A stretch of 64,000 nt of DNA, taken from assembly GCA_040954595.2 (NCBI GenBank), contig CM082584.2, positions 12,430,875 to 12,494,874 on the forward strand. Direction: 5' to 3'. Origin of the DNA: Balanoglossus misakiensis (lineage: Eukaryota > Animalia > Hemichordata). Positions 1 through 11,600 of this stretch are shown piece after piece. The notes beneath the pieces are model-generated. The model ran no database searches. It saw only the letters and a list, made by a program, of their open reading frames with translations, and was not told the DNA's origin. Each line of letters starts with the position of its first letter. Position 1 is the stretch's first letter. A program made the translations under genes and the position numbers.

Positions 1-2526
1 GAAATCCTGCGAGGTTGACGATGACGACGACGATCCAAGACTCGTTTTTCGCCATCACTTGATCGGAAAAGCAGTTCAGCAAATGTAAGGGTCACGTTTT
101 TGTCACTTCTCGTTGCTATGCTACAGTGTTAATGCGGAAAGTTCCGACAGAAAACCCCACAAACCTACACTTATTCTTTTGACTTCATCACTTGAAACAC
201 AAAATGTTATGGTCAAATTTGTTCCAGGCCAATTGCATATCAAACTCAAAACTTCATCTGACGAGGCAGACTGATATTTCCATGTTTCCATGCATTGCCA
301 AACGTGCTTGTCGGAACCACGTTGTCATCACCTAGGAAACAGGTATCTTATATTGTGTATATTTTGATAGGACGTTTCTTGATGGTGAAGAGGAGAAGGT
401 TAGCAACGAAGAGAGAGAAGAAAACGAGCAATGGTGGCATTCTAAACTAGCAGATTACTTTGAACTCGAGGACAATTTTACACGCAAAATTGAGGTAAAT
501 AGTCTTTTATATCCCATACATATGAATATTGATAACAAATTTACGCCTTTCGAATTCATTTTGCTTCCAGTTTGATTCACATTTTGGTTCAACACACTAA
601 ACCTCTGCTGCTGTAATGTCAAATTTCAGGAATATCCCTTCCACGTCGGTGAAGTTGGGAACAGTGCTGGCGGTGTCTTCAAATGTTTCACAACCTGGTC
701 TGTATTTGATGAACTGTTGGAAGCGAACTTGCCCTGGTTGCTGGCCATCTGGGGAAAGGTAATCTCGATCCACATGCTACCGATTGTTTTCTTGTGACGT
801 TTGAATTTTATCTATACCTTTAGTCTGTTCATCGCTTTGTGCTCAGCAGTGGTATATGTTTTTTTCAGACTTGTACAAGAGAATACATGATACAAATCTA
901 TAAAGACTCGTTACATGACGTGGAGGTTCAAGAAAAAAGCAACCAGGTGGTAGCCCATCGGTATGGTCAAGTAGCCAAGTTCATGTGAGTGAAAGATTAC
1001 GAATCTCTAGTGGTTAATTTCAGGGAGCAGTGACATTACTGTTATCTACATAATGTTTTGCAAAAAAGCACAAGGCAGATATTTACCAAACACACAGTTT
1101 ACATGTGATCCAATTGGGCACAGTATGAATGCCTGTGTACAATTCACATGTCAAACTGTAAGAGAATCAAGAATTCTAATTACAGGTTCTTCGCCGAAGA
1201 GTATGAGTGTGCCAAAGAGTTCATAGCCAAGGCAGTAAAACGTCAAGAGGACAACGAAGAAGACCTGGTTCAAATGTACACACTGGCTGGTGACATTTTC
1301 CACCAGGTGAGAACTTCAGCTACCATACAAGTACTCCTGGAAGGTGCCCATTTTAATAATCAAGCTCGGTATCTTCAGCTGTCTAAGTTTGTTCTTTTTT
1401 GTTTTGCAGCATTTACTTTCCATGTCTGATTGCTTGAAAGATGAATACAAAGAAGAACTCAGAGAATTACTCAGATGTTACAAAAAGGCCATAAAAATTA
1501 GGCAAACTAATTACTTTACGCTAGAAAAACATAAGGTGAGACACTTTTCAATATTTGGACAAATACTGCCCTCTATGTTCAGTTGTTTGACTAATCACCC
1601 CTTTATCAATATTACACTTGCAGTATGTATGCTAAAGCTGAATTTTTCCGTTTTGTTTCAAAATGCTTTCATGATAAGTTTGTTGTTGTTTTTGTATCTA
1701 ACAGTACTTATTGGTAACCACAATTTGCAAGTATGTGGAGAATTTACATCGATGGCTAGTACTATTTAAAAATGAAAATTCATCAAATGGGAGTGATATC
1801 AGACGAGAAGCTGATGTCAATATAGAGGAGGCCATCAGGATTAGCAAAGAGGTGAGCAATGTATTATTTATGTGGTGTAGCTTACTTCCATAGAGTTGAC
1901 TTAGTGAAGTTTGGACTCAACTAAAACTGTGTGAGATTATGTTCAGAACAGGAGATACTGTTTAATTCACTGACAACATTAAATAACCAACAGTTATCTT
2001 CATATTTTATAAATTCATCAGGTGAAGAACTATGGAATGCTGGCCAAGGCTTTCACAACAAAAGCACTGCTGAATAACGAATTGAAGGCAAGTGTCTGCT
2101 CTTTCTTATTGCATACTGTAATGTCAGAAATAACAAATAGCTAAAATGATGATGTTTTACTACAATTTGTGATTTGTGACAACAGCTGTATGGAGAAGCA
2201 GTGGAGAGCTGTTTGAGGGCGTATGGTGAGAATCACCCATTGACGGCGAAACTCAACGGTCATATCGCAAAGTACTATGAGAATCAAGACGACTGGAAAA
2301 GAGCTGCCAGACATTATACACTTCAACTCAGGATACTCACTGAGGTAAAAAAATAACTTTTAATTCTCATGTGGAAATAATGTTAAAATAGATGAACATT
2401 TAATAGGTTAACCTTTCCACATCTTGTATTTTGTTTTAGCTGTATGGGTCTGATCACACCATCACCAAGGCAACCAAAGAGAAGTTGCAACATCCTAAAA
2501 TTTCGAAGTATGTAAAGAAGAGGTAG
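1..2526 (+). CDS. 3' part of a multi-exon TPR-repeat protein resembling the post-NACHT/TPR region of NPHP3/TEP1/TTC41-like proteins; 5' end lies outside the window
   Basis: Exons at approx. <1-84, 371-494, 630-758, 869-984, 1186-1305, 1410-1535, ~1704-1851, 2022-2087, 2186-2344 and 2440-2526 splice in frame. Peptides include WWHSKLADYFE..RKIEEYPFH..VFDELL..LLAIW, kinesin-light-chain-type TPR ends (AYGENHPLTAK, LYGSDHTITK) and KYVKKR* (TAG 2524-2526). Family assignment is by motif recall only. Confidence 0.7.
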
Positions 2527-2975
2527 CATTTGTTTCTTCAACAGCTTGTTTTAATAAACTTATAAGAAGTTTTATAAGAACTTGTAAGAAACTTGTAAAG
2601 AAACTTAGGGTTACTTTCAAGCGAGGCGCTAGCGACATATTTATACAGTCCCTCTGTCTGTGTGCACAAGATATTTTCAGTTCAAGTTTTGTGATTTTTC
2701 TCATTTGAGTATTTTGTCAAGTTGTAATCAGTGAGAACAAAGCTGACATTTACATAATTGATTATGCAATAATCTAAATATTCCGAGAGATAGAATCATT
2801 GTGCTCATTTCTTGTTTAAATGATTTTTTATTTTCAATTAACAGATAACCATTTACAGTTTTTAGACACCATGATCAAATTGAGATGTAATTCTTTTTTA
2901 TTTTTGTACAAATATATTTTTGTACAGATATTTTATAAATGAATTAACATTCAAAATGGCATAAAGAAAATAAGT

Positions 2976-5314
2976 TCAGGGTAGGGAGAATTTCTTCAAA
3001 TATTCATTGCGGAACGGAGTCTCTGCAGCAAGTAGGAGAAAATGAGGATTTCCGGCAACCACTAGGTACCTAAAATGAAAAAAAATACAACATTTTTAAA
3101 CTTCTGTCATCAAAATTGGTACATTTTTCTGAAAATAGGCACACTCCTAAAATCTTGTGAGTTTCCAAGCCATGTATTCTAGGTCTTTGACGATTTCCCT
3201 TGGTCAGCACTTGTCATGTGACAAACTCAACCAATCAGCCCTTGTCATGTGACAAACTCAACCAATCAGGATGTAGGATAGTGATTTACCTTGGATCCGA
3301 CAGAGTTTCAGCAAGAGTTGCCTCCACTGATACTCTGTGCAAAACTCTCTTGTCCATCTCTTCAAAGTATACCTGACGGAACAGAATGAAAGCATTTAGC
3401 TCTCAGATGTGACCATAAAGACAGCATTACCACAGGCAAATAGGTGAGTAAAGCAATAATCATGCAAAGACTCAAAAAAGTAGGGATGAAACTTTTTGCT
3501 TGTTACCTCTAATTTATCCGGTTTGTAAGTCTTCTCCGCGTCCCATGGGGGAATATTACTGCCTCCAAACATAACATTAATGTGATCAATAAACCTAAAA
3601 TTTAAAAAAAAATCAAACGATGAAAATGTAGAAATGGTCTTCACTACTGCCTTCAGGACTACCTCATGTTGTGGGGTGAAATGGGTGTAGAAAGTAATGT
3701 GTTTACCTGTCATTTTCATTGAAATCATTGATCATATCTGTCTGTCCATACTCTGGATACATAAACATAACCGGCCAGTGCAGAACTCCATCTTCGTCAA
3801 GATGGACTTTCTCACCAATGGGCACAGTGCCTTCAATGCTCTGTAGAGATAGTGGATCTCGAGTTGATTGTTCAACATCTGCATCCTCTTCTGGCATCGT
3901 TGAACTGGCTAGTGTTATTTTCCTTGCCTTTTGACAGAAAATATAGTGCATTTTCATGCATTAGATGGAAAAGGAACTGGTCAAAATAACTCGTGACTTG
4001 AATGAATCAAGAAAATGTATTGGTTTACAGGTGTCTGGATTATAGAGGGTTAAAGTATAATCTCACATCTATTGCAGCCATAAGGATTTCTCTTCTGGCT
4101 TTTTCTTTCTTCTCCATGGCAATTTGTTTCCTCTTATTCCGTTCTGCTATCCTCTGCAAAGGAGTGGCGATATCAGACAGAGACCATCAGTATCACACAA
4201 TGATCATTGATGAAACAGAAAAATCACAGCCCAAATGCAGCAAGTAATCTCCTTACCTTTTCTTTATCTGCTTTTGCTCTGGTGTCAATAACCTTCAATT
4301 CTGTTGGTGATATGTTCGTGGAGTCAAGGAGGAGAACTCTGATGTTCTGTACAGTGTACATATAACATCGTCTGATATTTAGATTAGCAGTTAATGTGCT
4401 ATTAGTTTCAAATTAATTATCAGATTGCGTAAAAGCATAAAGGATATTTTCAAAGCTTCATCACACCAGACAATGGCTTCCTCAAATAGTGATAGTTTCA
4501 TACAGCATTCCGCTCCACGTATCAATGCTTTCAAATGGTCGGGTTTAATTTTTTTGGCTGTCTTGACATCATTCAGAGAGGATCTGTAATTACCTGTGAA
4601 CACAAAACGGAAATCTCCCACTTAATCAATCAATCAATCAATATGCCTGCCCATCTCTGTAAAATACCACTCACCTAAATGGAACTGGGCAGCTGCTCTG
4701 TTTGTGAAGAGAATAGCATTAAGTTGATCATCACTACACTTCTCTTTTATCCCCTCAGTGTATGCAACAACCGCTTCTCTGTATTTTTTCTTCTTAAAAT
4801 ATGCATTCCCATCCTCTTTGAAATTAACAGCTTTTTCTGTAGGAAAATGAAAAAAAGTCAAATTGCAATACTTGCATAATTTAGAATCAAAGTTCGATCT
4901 TTCATATTGGCAAATCATTTTACCTTCAGGCGATGCGTTCTCTTCATGTTTGATGGCTTGTATTGCAGCCAGTACTGGATTGTTGACCATTTCTTCTTCT
5001 GTTGGGTCTCTTGTCATAAAAGCCGGTATTTTTTCTATTTCCTTAGAGAGTAGTGTAATGAAAAGTGCAAATGATACATACACTGTCACAGATCAGTCTC
5101 ATCAATCAGATACACGTTATAAATCGTACACATGCAATGACACTTTTCATGTGCAAAGAAAATCAATAATTCCGATCATACATACTTCTCGCCAATTTTC
5201 TTCTGTAAGGCCATCTGTATATTTTGTACGTGGAAGACTGTTCACGTAATCGTCAAGCTGTTCATCAAGACGTTTTGCCAGTTCGTCTGCATCTTCTCTG
5301 TTTCTGCTCGCCAT
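2976..5314 (-). CDS. TTC4: Tetratricopeptide repeat protein 4 (Cns1/TTC4 Hsp70/Hsp90 co-chaperone), 10 exons
   Basis: Exons 5314-5186, 5041-4924, 4836-4675, 4593-4448, 4313-4257, 4153-4067, 3927-3707, 3594-3507, 3372-3290 and 3069-2976 splice in frame. They encode IPAFMT, a carboxylate-clamp TPR (KEDGNAYFKKKKY..LFTNRAAAQFHLGNY..KALIRGAEC) and the wheel-domain motif LHWPVMFMYPEYGQTD, ending KKFSLP*. Confidence 0.93.
3210..3269. repeat. Tandem duplication of a 29-bp unit (CTTGTCATGTGACAAACTCAACCAATCAG) in a TTC4 intron
   Basis: Two identical copies at 3210-3238 and 3241-3269. Confidence 0.9.
4314..4447 (-). other. U12-type (minor spliceosome) AT-AC intron in TTC4
   Basis: On the minus strand: 5' splice site ATATCCTTT at 4447, branch site TCCTTGAC at 4330-4323, and terminal AC at 4315-4314. 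Removal joins EALK|ISPTELKVIDTRAKADKEK in frame. Confidence 0.9.
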
Positions 5315-5423
5315 GTTTCAATGTGACCTTTCACCTCGGTTAGTTTGTTCATGTTTGTTGACATTTACTCCACTGTGGGACCAAACGCACGTGACATCTC
5401 ATGTCAAAGGTTACGTTGAAAGA
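5315..5423. promoter_or_regulatory. Compact bidirectional promoter region TTC4/PRXL2C
   Basis: Divergent ATGs at 5314 (-) and 5424 (+) are only 109 bp apart. The interval contains a DR1-like TGACCTTTCACCT (5324-5336) and an E-box CACGTGAC (5388-5395). Confidence 0.7.
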
Positions 5424-7444
5424 ATGGCGTCCATCGACAGAGGTGTGTACCCTGGCAGGGAATCGACGTCGGTGGATTTATATGTTCCAACGCCAGATCC
5501 TGGCAGTCCTCACATAGATTTCGACTATGTCGCTAAGATGCCACTGTGGGATGAGAATGGTGACATGATTCCATTCGAATATTTATACAAAAATGACAAG
5601 GCAATCATCGTGTTCTTGAGGGTAAGTTGATGCCGAGTGGGCGTGTCTGTTTACATAATCACGTGCAGAGAAAGTACAGTGATGTGTGATGAGCCAACAT
5701 GAGTTGAGTTGTCATAACAACAATACCTCGGTCCGAGCGAGCAAATATTTGTCATGGTCATCAGTTTGCCGTTGACAGTGCAACGTGCCATCGTGGCAAC
5801 CAGTGCATAAATGTCACAACAAAGCCAAAATCAATAGGTTATATAATGGCAATGGCATAGATGTACGTACCTGCAGTGATTGCAGCAGGTGCTGCTTGGA
5901 CTCATGAAGCTCTATGGGTGACTGTTATTGCGAGGTCGAGCTACTGAACTGCAGCTAGTAATGGCTACAATTGAATTGAATAAGATTTATTAAACAAAAT
6001 ACAACTATATCAATATGTGAAACCATGGTGAATTCTTTTTCCTTTTTTTCAGTTCTTCCAGTGTTATACAGCATTGGAATACGCAGAAGGTAGAAACTTC
6101 AACTTCAAACTTGTTCACGGAATTTCACCTACGCAAATCATTAGATGTCTGTAGAAAGTAACTTGACTTTCGATTTGCTTTCAGTCTGATATTGATCATC
6201 TTTTGGGTAGTTCAAACATTTGATGGTACCTATATTTGTTTTCTTGTTAAATTTTAGATTTGGCTAAAATTCCTGTTGATTATTTAAAGGTAAGTACTGG
6301 GTTCAACTTTATGTATAGAATAAATGAAAAAGGGGCAATTGAATATTTGTTGGTGATTTGGTGGGTGGGGAAATGTCTGAGTGTGCAGTTGTAGACCACA
6401 AATCTGGAACATTGGCACATTATGTGTATGGTGAAGTGATTCAAAAGTCAACTCTTCTATTTTGTATTTAGGAAGCTGGTGTTAGACTCATCGTTATAAG
6501 TTGTACACCATGGAAGTTCATTAAGGTGAGAACCATTTATCCAGCAGTAGACTCCTAACATTCCCCATTGGCCCTGATCAAATAGATCCACTTGCAAGTC
6601 TTGTGTTTGCTACCACTTACCAGGACAACTCATGTTGAGCCGGTAGAAAGGGAGTATGAATGTGTCATGTGTTGGTCACTTTTATGTATTTTGTTTCCAG
6701 ACTTTCAAGAATGATGTTCAATTTCCACATGAGGTTTACGTTGATCAAGATAAAAGCCTCTATAAAGCATTGAAACTTCTCAGAAGGTCTTCAGATGGAG
6801 GTAAGATAATAATAACTTCAAGTATGATGGAATGAAAAATAACTGTATAGGACTAGAAGGCAAATTTCTCTACATATTTGAAAGTTCTGTGTAAAAGGTA
6901 ATACTGTCATCTGAGCAAATCATAGATTGTTTCCTCATTATCTTGTCAGGTAACACAAGCAGTCTGCATGTGAAGTCATCAATATTGGGTGGCATATTGA
7001 AAAGTACATGGAGAGCAATGCAGTACACTGACTTTAAGGGTGATATCAGACAGCTAGGGGGTCAGCTGATAGTGGGGCCAGGTAAGTGTCATATACAACT
7101 GTGGGTGGCAACTGGCAGTAGGATTGGTTAGATAGAATCTTACCAGGTGTACATCAGTGTCAGTATCAAGTCAGTAGGGAATCTTTCTGTATTTAGAACA
7201 GTTCATTGTTGGTAGTAATGTGACTGTATGAGAGACCTTCTGGAACGGATTGATAAATTACCATATTAAACAATTGACTGATCATTTGTAAATGTGATAT
7301 TATTGTTTCATTGCAGGACCAGTGGAGCATTTCTTTCATATTGATCGTAACATGCTGGACCACACCCCAATCAACAGACTCTTGGCAGTGGCTGGTGTAC
7401 AACAAGTCAACTTCGATAAGCACAAGAGAATTCTGCAACTTTAA
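5424..7444 (+). CDS. PRXL2C: Peroxiredoxin-like 2C / AAED1 (AhpC/TSA_2 thioredoxin fold)
   Basis: Exons approx. 5424-5621, 6053-6089, 6258-6289, 6472-6525, 6701-6800, 6950-7081 and 7317-7444 give ..IIVFLRFFQCYTALEYAEDLAKIP..LIVIS..EVYVDQDKSLYKAL..FKGDIRQLGGQLIVGPG..HIDRNMLDHTPINRLL..RILQL*. This matches the recalled AAED1 signatures. Confidence 0.88.
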
Positions 7445-7788
7445 TCCATTCACCCCTATTTCTCTGTACACAAATACACAAGCCATTGACTGAATTTATA
7501 CTACCAATGAAAAATTAGGTATTTTTGATTTTACAGATTTAGATATTAAGAGGAAACACACATGCTTATCAGGTCTTTGAGGATTGTGTGTGTGGCTGTT
7601 TAAAGTGCAAATGAGCATCAAAATACAAGTTTATTTTTCACAACTTCTGACACTTTCACTTTTAATGCAATTTCTATTTTATACCTATTTATAAATACTT
7701 ATTTATAGTGTGCTAGTGAAATCAGTATTAAAAAAGAATTATCCACCACTATTAACGGCTTTGTTTTTCAACAACTTTTAGTTAATAA

Positions 7789-7805
7789 GGGGGGGGGGGG
7801 GGGGG
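7789..7805 (+). repeat. G17 homopolymer
   Basis: Seen directly in the sequence. Confidence 0.9.
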
Positions 7806-8068
7806 CTCGGATCATGCGCTTGTATGGAGTACAAGATAGAGCGCCCTCTGTATTCATTTGGGTGGTAAGGCCCTACCTATGTTGGTGAATGCGAATAAAA
7901 CCATTTATGAGGTTCTCCTTTAATTGTAAAAAGAGAAATCTCGAATTCTGACCGTAATGCAATTTTTTAAAGTGAGTCACAGCATGAATGCTGGTGACGT
8001 CACATATCAACAATACCTAATTGGCTATTTACTTTGTAATTGCTCAAAGTCTTAGATGAAAAACACAG

Positions 8069-8312
8069 TATTGATCCCATATTTTTCTTATGCGACGAAT
8101 TCTGTTAATATATGTTCGAATTCCAATATACCCCATAAGTGTTAGAAAATCATTCAGCAAATATAAAAATATCATTTACATCACCCCTAGATACAAAATG
8201 GTCAGGTCCAAAATAGTGTTACTATTTGCCGATGACAACACATTCACACGTAGTCAATTAGCATATTCCCGTGACAACGAACTGAAACTCGTAGTTGATT
8301 GGCTGCAGGGTG
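8069..8312 (+). mobile_element. Degenerate non-LTR retrotransposon (CR1/L2-like) reverse-transcriptase fragment
   Basis: Translation contains ILLIYV.., LLFADDNT (FADD at 8225-8236) and NELKLVVDWLQ. These resemble the LFLIYVND / LFADDT / NxELxxxxxWL motifs of LINE RT, in the same order. Confidence 0.6.
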
Positions 8313-8614
8313 ACACATGACCTGCAACCAGCCTTGTTTTCGAATGCTCTGAAGAAATATGGCCGTTCTATCAGCCGTCTAAAGTTTACGTTCTTCGGTA
8401 ATTTTTCGTCCCGAATCTGCAGCGTCACCTGCGAATACCAGCCCTCGCAACGAGTCGAATAGCCCAACCGGAATATAATTAATTCGTCTGCTTCATTTCT
8501 ACAGTGGATCCATCGAATTCTGTAACAGGAGGGAGGGGTAGCTTTTAATTGATTTCGTTGAATCGTGTGAAACGGACAAGTTTTGGTGCCCTAGCCACTG
8601 GGCTTAATCTGTAC

Positions 8615-11600
8615 ATGGATAATCGGAGTATTTTGGATATGGCTGAGGAAAACGAGTTGCTGTGCGCCTCTGAAATTATCAAAGGTAGGTGTCCTTATCG
8701 ACAAACCGTCTATAATATGTCTGTAGTATGACATCAAGTATAACGTAGGCTAGCTTATCATTGAAATGACATAGGCCTTCACAGTAGCTGATTTTGTACT
8801 GATACCACGTACATACCAGTAACTGTATGACACCGGTTTAAAACTATTTTATTATAGTAACTCTTCCACGTTTCTTTCTTGCAGATCGTCTGTATTTTGC
8901 AACTTTACGAAATAAACCAAGAAGCACAGCAAATACACATTATTTCAATATTGACGATGAGTTAGTTTATGAAAAGTAAGTGTGATTTCTTTTATGTTTG
9001 TTTTAAAGTTTAAAAGTTTTTTTTTAAAGAATGTTGTTCAGATAATTTAATTTTGACAACCGATTGTTTTTCTTTATTGTAGTTTTTATGCAGACTTTGG
9101 ACCATTAAATTTAGCTATGCTATATAGATACTGCTGTAAACTCAATAAAAAACTAAAGGTAAGTTTTAAACTTTACAATCAACATTCACTTGTCTATCAT
9201 ATCAACGGATCATGGTAGAAGAACCAAGACCTCACTGGTACAATCCATGCAGTGGCCATGGTTGCTAATAGTAAACTTGATAATTGTTCCGTTGGACCAT
9301 TTAAGTGAATAGATAGTGAGTAGGGGACCTTTGATTTACCACCTACCAATGAAAAGAAACAATTAAGAGCATTGGGTTGGCGTCACCAGAAGCAAATGTG
9401 TGCATTCTTGCCAACTGTAACAATGATTCACCAATCCATGAATGTTTTAACCTGTGTGTTATAAACTTATACTATTAACCAAGCTGATATTCTTTACAAA
9501 TTTAAACTTGTCACAGCCGGAGGTTCTCTGAAGTTGCAGTTCATTTGACGGTTGTTGCATGTTTTGAAATGTTATCCTTCAGTGCAACAGAAAAATGTTA
9601 AACTTTGAATCACACGAATAAAAAGTAATTTATGATGTCATAATTTCTTATGGTCATTCTTATCTACCGTTGGTCGTATGAGTTTCTGGTCAATTCAGAT
9701 TGCGAATTTAGTCCGCAAAAGTATTTTGATGAAACTCACAAACGCCACTGTGTTGGTGAAAATAAATACCATGTGTCAGTTTTAAACATCAGGACATTTA
9801 AATTTAAATGCCATATTTTGGCGTGCACGTTGAGACATGTATCATGGGAAGTTAGATCTTTGATTTGCAAATTTTGCAGTGGTCAATGAATTGGTGTGTC
9901 ACACATTATGCACAGTTTTGAGGGTACATAATATTGAAATTGGAAGATAAGCACAAAATGCAATTTCATTCACATTAAAGTATCTCGAGTCCTTTAAAAG
10001 CAAACCTGCTATAGTGTTTTATCATTTTTAAAACGGGGAAATTGACACTTTGTTTTGTTGCATGTTGAAATCCTAGAAATGTCACACAGTAGTCAGGGAT
10101 GCAAGTCCTAATATAATACTTGTTGCAAGTATTTGGGTACTTGTGCCGCACTAGCAACTGGCTGTGCTTTACCTGCGTGACACTACAAAGCTAAAGCATC
10201 ACACTAGAAAACACTGACAGTAGGCAGCATAGCAGTACTGATTCTCTTGACCAACCTATCTATCTTTCTCTTCCCTTCCATTCTCCATTCCGTAGGCATT
10301 TACTTTCAGGGATGAGAACTGTTGGAGCCATGTAAGCCTTCTCTCTTTCAACTCTCCCCTTTAACCCAACGTCACACCCCCTCCCCCCTGACTGATGGAT
10401 TAGCCCACTGTTGACCATCGCAGCTGGGCTGTTCCAGTGTTTGGGAAGACAGGGGTGACAAGTTGTGATAGTCTTTGCATGTTCCTTGTTGTTTCATCTA
10501 ACATACGTTGTTCATAATCACTTCTATGCCACAAACTAGGAGTTTATTCATTTTACACATAGCTATAGTAATTTACCTTTCCAGCATCTCTGACAAAAGT
10601 CTGCCATTGCATGTGCAGTAATTATACAACAGGTTAACCACTATCATGCAAATAATTTGTAATAATAGTCTGAGGCATCCAAAACCATGCATGCCCAAAC
10701 CAGTAACCCATGTCCTCATTAGGTAATATTTTTATAAAGGAAACAATTATCCAAAATGAAAATTGAGAAAAAAAACTCAGGGGAGTGATGTATCTAGGAG
10801 ACCAGTATAATACTTGTCTTTATTCTTCTGTCATAACCACTGGAAATTGCCTAAATACAGGTTGCTGTGTGTCTTATATATGTACAATTATTATTAATAC
10901 ACTTTCTTCCCTGAATTTATATTTGTCAAGTCGTTTCTTTGTTGTAGAAAATAACTACTAGTCATATCTGTATATATTAATTTAGTAGTCAATAACAAGC
11001 TGATTTTGTTTTACACTGACATTAAAGAAGTAAAGTACATATAAATGTGGTCCAGTGTTCAGGGGCCAGCTCATTAGTGGTTACTTCTGTTTGTAGTCAT
11101 GTTTTTCCAGAATAGATTATTCACATCTGGGATTGTGAATGCCAAATCACTTTGATGATTTTGGGGTTTGCAAGTCCCAGAAACTATGAAGGAGAGATGC
11201 CAGGCGCGATCATTTAATTGAGAGGTGGTTCAAGATATTGGAGACAGTGTAATAGGCAATTAACTTAAATGCACCTTTAGTGACCCCTATTCATTGCATG
11301 CGATACTTAGTATGTGGAGCATGGTTCTCATAGCATGATTATATACCGGCACATAGAGAGAGTAAAATCATTGCAAGAAAGCATGGGACGGTGGTGATAA
11401 ATACACTGTAAAAAATAAGCCAACTTTGTTATGAAGTCCCTCTCAATTTAATCTGTAGTTTTCCAAATTTGTCAAACATGGATTAATTGTTCTGCTTGTC
11501 CCATAGTTTCTGGGCAATAGTAAAACACAAATTACCCTAGGAAAATGTATGTTGCGTTATTGTAAGTTTCAATATCTATGTATTATTTTTCTAATTGTAC

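Noticed and set aside
5424-7760. Selenoprotein (SelU/SelL-like) reading of PRXL2C
   Set aside because: There is no in-frame TGA at the redox motif (codons are TGT and GCA), and I recognised no SECIS.
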